Source: Candidatus Sericytochromatia bacterium (GTDB lineage: Bacteria > Cyanobacteriota > Sericytochromatia > UBA7694). From it: a stretch of DNA of 64,000 bases. The position numbers were made by a program, and so were the translations under genes. Positions 58,410 through 64,000 of this stretch are shown here, piece by piece. Numbering within the stretch: the first letter of the stretch is position 1; every line of letters begins with the position of its first letter. The notes beneath the pieces are model-generated. The model was given only the letters and a program-made list of their open reading frames with translations, made no database searches and was not told where the DNA came from. Location: contig JADMKE010000029.1 in the NCBI GenBank assembly GCA_018780035.1, positions 65,388 to 129,387 on the forward strand, given 5' to 3'.

Positions 58410-59027
58410 ATGAAAAAATCGCTCGCATTGGTCGTTACCTCTTTTTTAATGCTCACGGCCTGTGACACGCCTGTCAATTTGGCCAAGGTCCTCGAAGGAA
58501 CCAATAGCAGCAGTTCAGGTTCAGGCAGTTCGAGTTCCGTCACAGCAACCAAAACCTGGCCCAGCACTGTCAAAAAGATCGACGTCAAAACCAAACAAAC
58601 CGTTTCAGTGCAAGGCAATTTTGACAACAGCGTCGAAGTCAGCGATTTGTCTTGGGCCTCCAGTAGCTCAATGGCCTGTTTCCCTGCCACCCAGAACAGC
58701 AAATTCCGGGGCTACCATGCCTTTTATTCAGTCGAAATGCCTGCCCGCACCGAAATGGTGATTCGGGTGATTCCCAAAGACAGCAGTGCAAATATGAGCC
58801 TCTACGCCTACCAAATTGGCACCACCCGCTTTGACATTCCCCCCCAAGTTGCCTCAGCGGTAAGCTGTGAAGCCAGCTTTCAAGACAATGTCGCCCGTGT
58901 TGGCCAGCCCGGTTTTCACCGTGTTGTCACCCTTAATTCCACCACCAACCCGTATAATGTGTTGATTGGGGTCACAGGGCCTGCTGATGTGGACGGCGAA
59001 TACACACTTGAGATTGAATTGAAGTAA
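58410..59027 (+). CDS. Hypothetical lipoprotein
   Basis: LTAC lipobox, Ser-rich linker and GAGG RBS. Confidence 0.75.
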   Translation: MKKSLALVVTSFLMLTACDTPVNLAKVLEGTNSSSSGSGSSSSVTATKTWPSTVKKIDVKTKQTVSVQGNFDNSVEVSDLSWASSSSMACFPATQNSKFRGYHAFYSVEMPARTEMVIRVIPKDSSANMSLYAYQIGTTRFDIPPQVASAVSCEASFQDNVARVGQPGFHRVVTLNSTTNPYNVLIGVTGPADVDGEYTLEIELK

Positions 59028-59048
59028 TCAACACGCAGGAGCAAAGCA

Positions 59049-59519
59049 ATGGGTCTGATTCAAATTTTGGGCGACCGCCAGGGCCGGTATATTGGACAAG
59101 GGGTCGCCCATGACGGAGACGGGTTTCAGGGAGAATTAAAACTGGAGCCCCTGGCCCATTGTAATGGCCTGCGGCTGGAATATACCGCCAGCCGCGAAGC
59201 CGCTCTTTTGCACCATGAACACACTTATTTGGCGCCCGATCCCAGTGGCTTGATACACCTCTGGGTGATCAGCAACAATACCCCCGGTCTGGTCGCTCAT
59301 GCCTTGGTCTCAGAAGAGTACAACAGCATGGGCGAACACGTCTTGACCTTTGAACATGGTGATTTGCTTGGTTCTGAGGGCTTTCGTGAGCGCATTTTAA
59401 TCACCCTGCACCAAGGGGGAGCCTTGAGTTATACCTATTTCTGGGGCCTGCCCGGCGAGCCCGTGGCCGAGCGCTCCCACGTCAAACTCTATCCCAGCCG
59501 TGTGGCTGAATCCCACTAA
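59049..59519 (+). CDS. Hypothetical protein (beta-rich)
   Basis: AGGAG RBS and operonic position. Confidence 0.65.
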   Translation: MGLIQILGDRQGRYIGQGVAHDGDGFQGELKLEPLAHCNGLRLEYTASREAALLHHEHTYLAPDPSGLIHLWVISNNTPGLVAHALVSEEYNSMGEHVLTFEHGDLLGSEGFRERILITLHQGGALSYTYFWGLPGEPVAERSHVKLYPSRVAESH

Positions 59520-59536
59520 AAAGTCCGTTTTCCAGG

Positions 59537-60304
59537 CTAAATTCTGTGGCCTGCCCAGCACACGGCATTCAGGAGCAGGGCCTGCACCTGGGGATGGAAA
59601 TAGGTGGGATGGGCCTCGTGGCCAGGCCGGAAATAAAAGATGCGGCCTTGGCCCTCGCCTTGGCCTTGGCCCCCTCCGGGGCCTGAAGCAAAATTCGGAT
59701 CGATGCCTGCCCCCACGCTCCAAGCCAGACCTGAAGGAAAAAAACGCTGGGCCTGTGGGAAATACGATTGAAATACCAGACATTCAGGTGCAGGCACGTC
59801 AAAGGGTGCGCCATACATCTCTTCTTCTGGGAGTGTAAAGTCTGAGATGCCCTGGGCGATGGGGTGTTGGGGTGCACAAACCCGAATTTCTTCGGGCTGG
59901 CCATTTTCGTGCCAACCGCCTTTGAGATGCCCCGTGGCCTTGAGCAATTGCAAAAAAGGTTTGGCATAATGGGCCGAGTGTAAGACAACCAGGCCCAGGC
60001 CCCGTGTCTCAACGGCCTCGACTATGGCCGCTGTGCGGCTGTCAGACAGTTCGGCATGGCGCAAATGGGCCCACCAAACCAAGACGTCTGTTTCCGCCAA
60101 AAGGGCATCTGGCAGGCCCTGTTCAGGCTGATCGAGATGGGCCGTTTGAAGCGCCAAGGAATTGCCCCAGCTTGCGTTTAAGCTCTTTTCACTTAAAACC
60201 TTTGCCAGGGTTTCACGTATGCCTTCAGGATAGATGTCCTGGGGTACATGGCCAGGATTTTCGTCCCAGACCAAGACTCTCAGCGGGGATGCGGGGTTTG
60301 ACAT
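59537..60304 (-). CDS. ThuA-like (class I GATase-like) protein
   Basis: VLVWDE, DVLVWW.H..H, VLHSAH, EEMYG and YFRPGHE motifs. Confidence 0.9.
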   Translation of the reverse strand: MSNPASPLRVLVWDENPGHVPQDIYPEGIRETLAKVLSEKSLNASWGNSLALQTAHLDQPEQGLPDALLAETDVLVWWAHLRHAELSDSRTAAIVEAVETRGLGLVVLHSAHYAKPFLQLLKATGHLKGGWHENGQPEEIRVCAPQHPIAQGISDFTLPEEEMYGAPFDVPAPECLVFQSYFPQAQRFFPSGLAWSVGAGIDPNFASGPGGGQGQGEGQGRIFYFRPGHEAHPTYFHPQVQALLLNAVCWAGHRI

Positions 60305-60322
60305 GGACTGTAAACGCAAAGC

Positions 60323-61237
60323 TTAAACCACGCGATTGGCGAGGATTCCAATCTTTTCGATCTCCAATTCAACGCTGTCACCCGGTTGGAGAAATCTGTC
60401 CAATTCCAGACCGCAGCCTGTGCCCACGGTGCCAGAACCGAGCAAATCGCCAGGATACAGGGTGACGCCTTCAGAGGCAAAGGCGATCATCTGGGCAAAG
60501 GTATAAAAGCTGCTGCCCGAATTGCCCTGCGACCACGTTTCGCCATTGACCCGCGCCGTCATGTTTAAATTGCGGGGATCGCCGATCTCATCGGGTGTCA
60601 CCAGTACAGGGCCCAAGCTGCTGGCAAAGTCTTTGCCTTTGGCGGGTCCCAGGCCAATCTTCATGACCTCGGCCTGAATGGCGCGGGCACTCCAATCGTT
60701 GAGAATGGTATAACCGGCAATATATTCCTCGGCGTTTTCGACGGGGATATCCCGGCCCTCTTTGCCAATCACAATCGCCAATTCCAGCTCATAATCGCGT
60801 TTGCTCTCGCCCTTGGGAAAGGCCACATCGGCCCCGTGGCCGATTAAAGCGCGGGGGTTGCCGTTGTAATAGACCGGGTATTGGTACCATTCGGGCACCA
60901 CTTCCAGCCCCCGTTTGGCCCGGCAGGTGGCCACATGTTGTTCAAAGGTATAAAAATCCAGCATTGCACCCGGAAACATGACCGGCGGGCAAAGCTGAAT
61001 CTCTGCCAGATCAAATCCGGGTATGTCGGCCCCTGTGTTGATGGCCTCAAAAACGCGCCGGGTGAGCTTCAGGCCAGGATCCGCCTGAAGCAAAGCAAGC
61101 GTGGTGTCGGGCAGGTTTAATTGGCAGAGTTTGGTCGCAGCCCTGGCCAGATCCACGACCTTTGCTTGACCCTGGCGCTCAAGCAAGAGTCCGGCACGGG
61201 GCGCGGCGCCAACCGCCCGAAATGTCAGCAATTTCAT
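60323..61237 (-). CDS. Fumarylacetoacetate hydrolase family protein
   Basis: DYELELA, NDWSAR, KGKDF and GSGT motifs. Confidence 0.92.
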   Translation of the reverse strand: MKLLTFRAVGAAPRAGLLLERQGQAKVVDLARAATKLCQLNLPDTTLALLQADPGLKLTRRVFEAINTGADIPGFDLAEIQLCPPVMFPGAMLDFYTFEQHVATCRAKRGLEVVPEWYQYPVYYNGNPRALIGHGADVAFPKGESKRDYELELAIVIGKEGRDIPVENAEEYIAGYTILNDWSARAIQAEVMKIGLGPAKGKDFASSLGPVLVTPDEIGDPRNLNMTARVNGETWSQGNSGSSFYTFAQMIAFASEGVTLYPGDLLGSGTVGTGCGLELDRFLQPGDSVELEIEKIGILANRVV

Positions 61238-61244
61238 GGCGGTT

Positions 61245-62963
61245 TTATTGTTCCCACATCGGGATGCGCACCCCGTGATGGCGAGCGGCGGCTTCGGCTT
61301 CGGGATAACCGGCATCGACATGGCGAATAATGCCCATGCCCGGATCACTGGTTAAGACCCGCTCCAATCGGGCTTCGGCCTCTTTGCTGCCGTCAGCCAC
61401 AATCACCATCCCTGCATGTTGGGAATAGCCGATGCCGACCCCTCCACCGTGGTGGATCGAAACCCAAGATGCGCCGCCCACGGCATTGATCATGGCATTG
61501 AGAAAGACCCAATCGGAGACGGCGTCACTGCCGTCCAACATGGCTTCGGTTTCGCGGTTGGGCGAAGCCACCGAGCCACAATCCAGGTGGTCGCGGCCAA
61601 TCACAATCGGGGCCGAGACTTCGCCACTGGCGACAAGGTCGTTGATGCGTTTGCCCAAACGGGCCCGTTCCCCATAACCCAGCCAGCAGATGCGCGCAGG
61701 CAGGCCTTGGAAGGCAACCTGATCCTGGGCCAGGTGAATCCATTTGATCAGGCCTTCGTCGTAGGCAAATTCATCGAGAATCAGCTCATCGATGCGGAAG
61801 ATGTCTTCGGGATTGCCCGAAAGCGCCGCCCAGCGGAAAGGCCCTTTGCCCTCACAAAAGAGCGGGCGAATATACGCGGGCACAAAGCCCGGAAAGGCGA
61901 AGGCCCTTTCCAGGCCACGGTTAAAGGCCTGTTGGCGGATATTATTGCCATAGTCAAAGACCACCGACCCGCGCGTTTGCAGGGTGATCATCGCTTCGAC
62001 ATGGCGCACCATGGAGTGCATCGACAATTTAATATAATGGTCGGGATCCGCCCTGCGCAGGTGTTCGGCATCGTGCAGGCTGTACTCAGCGGGCACGTAG
62101 CCATTGAGTGGATCGTGGGCGCTGGTCTGGTCGGTGACCACATCAGGCACAATCCCCTGATTGACAAGTTCAGGCAAGATTTCGGCGGCATTGCCCAGCA
62201 CGCCAATCGAACGGGCCCAACCATTGCGTTTGGCTTCGATGGCCTGGTCGATAGCGGTATTTACGTCTTCATACCATTGGTCCAGGTAGCGGGTTTCGAT
62301 CCGGCGTTCGATCCGTTTGCGGTCGACCTCGATACAGAGGGCCACGCCGCCGTTCATTTTGATCGCCAGAGGCTGAGCGCCGCCCATGCCGCCGAGACCG
62401 GCGGTCACACAGAGACGGCCTTCGAGGCTGCCATGAAAATGTTTTTCGGCCACGGCCCGGAAGGTTTCGTAGGTGCCCTGCAAAATGCCCTGGGTACCAA
62501 TATATATCCAGCTGCCTGCCGTCATCTGGCCGTACATCATCAGGCCGAGCGCTTCCAATTCGCGGAATTTTTCCCAGGTCGCCCAATGGGGCACCAAATT
62601 GGAATTGGCAATTAAGACGCGGGGCGCGTCGGGGTGGGATTTAAATACGCCCACAGGTTTGCCCGACTGCACCAAGAGGGTTTCGTCGTTTTCGAGATTC
62701 ATTAGGGTTTTGACAATCTGACGCAGGCTCTCCCAATTGCGGGCCGCTTTGCCGCTGCCGCCATAGACCAGCAGTTCTTCGGGCTTTTCGGCCACTTCGG
62801 CGTCGAGATTATTCAGCAACATGCGCAAGGCGGCTTCTTGAATCCAGCCCTTGCAATGCAATTCGTTGCCGTGGGGCGCGCGCAGAGCCACAGGCGCCTG
62901 ACCCTGAAGCAGGGCATCTAACCCGCTCAAATACAGTTCATTGGAAACGGTGAGGTTGCCCAT
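61245..62963 (-). CDS. hutU: Urocanate hydratase
   Basis: [38 protein letters not shown] and HHGGGVG motifs. Confidence 0.98.
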   Translation of the reverse strand: MGNLTVSNELYLSGLDALLQGQAPVALRAPHGNELHCKGWIQEAALRMLLNNLDAEVAEKPEELLVYGGSGKAARNWESLRQIVKTLMNLENDETLLVQSGKPVGVFKSHPDAPRVLIANSNLVPHWATWEKFRELEALGLMMYGQMTAGSWIYIGTQGILQGTYETFRAVAEKHFHGSLEGRLCVTAGLGGMGGAQPLAIKMNGGVALCIEVDRKRIERRIETRYLDQWYEDVNTAIDQAIEAKRNGWARSIGVLGNAAEILPELVNQGIVPDVVTDQTSAHDPLNGYVPAEYSLHDAEHLRRADPDHYIKLSMHSMVRHVEAMITLQTRGSVVFDYGNNIRQQAFNRGLERAFAFPGFVPAYIRPLFCEGKGPFRWAALSGNPEDIFRIDELILDEFAYDEGLIKWIHLAQDQVAFQGLPARICWLGYGERARLGKRINDLVASGEVSAPIVIGRDHLDCGSVASPNRETEAMLDGSDAVSDWVFLNAMINAVGGASWVSIHHGGGVGIGYSQHAGMVIVADGSKEAEARLERVLTSDPGMGIIRHVDAGYPEAEAAARHHGVRIPMWEQ

Positions 62964-63128
62964 GGTCTTCTCCTTTGGTCGTCCAGACTTTTTTGTCTGA
63001 TTACCTTTTTATTATACCAGCCGACCCAAGGGGGGATGGGGTGATAGGTTTTAGGGGTTAGGCCAAAGTCTTTGGGTCTTCGTATCGAGGGTCGAAGAAC
63101 AAAACTAAAAATCAGTGGATAGCTTCTC

Positions 63129-63263
63129 TTGGCACAAGGCCCTGAAGTTCAGGCCGCTCACTGCGCCCATCCATGGGCTCCATTCGCTAAGAGTCACCCC
63201 GCCTTTGTCCATCCTGGACCGGCGGGGTTCCTATTGCCTTCACTTTTCAGGGCCTTGTGCCAA
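63129..63263. repeat. 135-bp palindromic MITE/REP-like element
   Basis: Perfect 18-bp terminal inverted repeat TTGGCACAAGGCCCTGAA / TTCAGGGCCTTGTGCCAA, with internal hairpins at 63165-63178 and 63196-63228. Confidence 0.75.
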
Positions 63264-63333
63264 AACAGATAAGTATTCCAGCCTGATTTAAGCAGGTAGA
63301 GTGACATTCCTGCCTGCAAGCATCAAGTGATAA

Positions 63334-63612
63334 TCGCGAGAAATTCTGGCTGAAGGCACGCTGTATTCGGCTCTGCTGCCAGCTGGGCAACCAAGTGAGG
63401 TTGCTCTGATTGAGCCCGAATGGCTTTGCCAGATTTTCTGTCCGAGCGGGAGCGGCGATACCCGGCACATTATGATTGCCAAGAGTAGCAGGCCTCGCTG
63501 GGATTATGCCCTCGGGCCACAGGGAGAGCTGACTCTGAATCCATCTGTGCACCGAACTGTGGGTTGCAAGAGTCACTTTTGGGTCAGAAATGGTGCGGTG
63601 GAGTGGTGTTGA
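63334..63612 (+). pseudogene. Decayed DUF6527-like gene
   Basis: Manual translation ...FCPSGSGD...RPRW...LTLNPSVHRTVGCKSHFWVRNGAVEWC*. TGA TAA immediately upstream and no canonical start before the conserved region. Confidence 0.65.
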
Positions 63613-63712
63613 AAATTTAAACGATCTTTAATTGGGAGTTGTGACCGCTCAATCTTGACTTTGTTAATTATCCGACTACAATTTTGGTAGTAACTTAATT
63701 CACAAATATTAA

Positions 63713-64000
63713 ATGAGCGATTTCCCTACTCCCGCTGATACCCCAGTAGTTTTGCCCGCCCCTTTTTTTCAGCGGCGTCTTTTGCCTATTCCCATTATTG
63801 AAACCTATCCAAATAACACCAATAGCGCTGATTTAACTATGATTGGCAAAGGAAATAATGGTAAGGATTACGCCATTAAGACTGTTGGAGATGTGAATGG
63901 GTATGTACCTTGTAGTGAGGTGTTTTGCTATGAGTTGGCAATGAGGCTTGGGATTGGCACCCCTGACTATACTATTCTGGAGTTGGATGGTGGTGAACTC
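63713..64000 (+). CDS. HipA-like kinase, 5' end only (runs off window)
   Basis: Not in ORF track. Manual translation MSDFPTP...GKDYAIKT...CSEVFCYELAMRLGIGTPD shows kinase N-lobe Lys/Glu and the LA..LG..P motif. Confidence 0.65.
   Translation, partial: MSDFPTPADTPVVLPAPFFQRRLLPIPIIETYPNNTNSADLTMIGKGNNGKDYAIKTVGDVNGYVPCSEVFCYELAMRLGIGTPDYTILELDGGEL

Overview
Bacterial chromosomal window with a moderately GC-rich backbone and several AT-rich inserts. The cyanobacterial-type tRNA-Trp-secE-nusG cluster weakly suggests a non-photosynthetic Cyanobacteriota-like lineage (inference). Most of the window is housekeeping and accessory metabolism: xerC/D-like recombinase, FKBP, hrpB, hemJ, mvaD, phosphomevalonate kinase, hutU, many methyltransferases and two ArsR-SRPBCC pairs. 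The best candidate for an undescribed system is an AT-rich, translationally coupled operon at 257-3671. It encodes a DUF262 protein with no nuclease domain, a RelA/SpoT-fold nucleotidyltransferase with a non-canonical active site, and an N6-adenine DNA methyltransferase. Other notable items are an IS630-derived HTH with an AT-hook-like tail coupled to mevalonate genes, a YwbE-zincin fusion, a stand-alone class II aaRS-like protein, a TPR-calpain pair and several apparently leaderless genes. At the right edge are a 135-bp palindromic element, a decayed DUF6527 gene and a truncated HipA-like kinase that are missing from the ORF track. All family calls are from motif recognition by eye; no searches were run.
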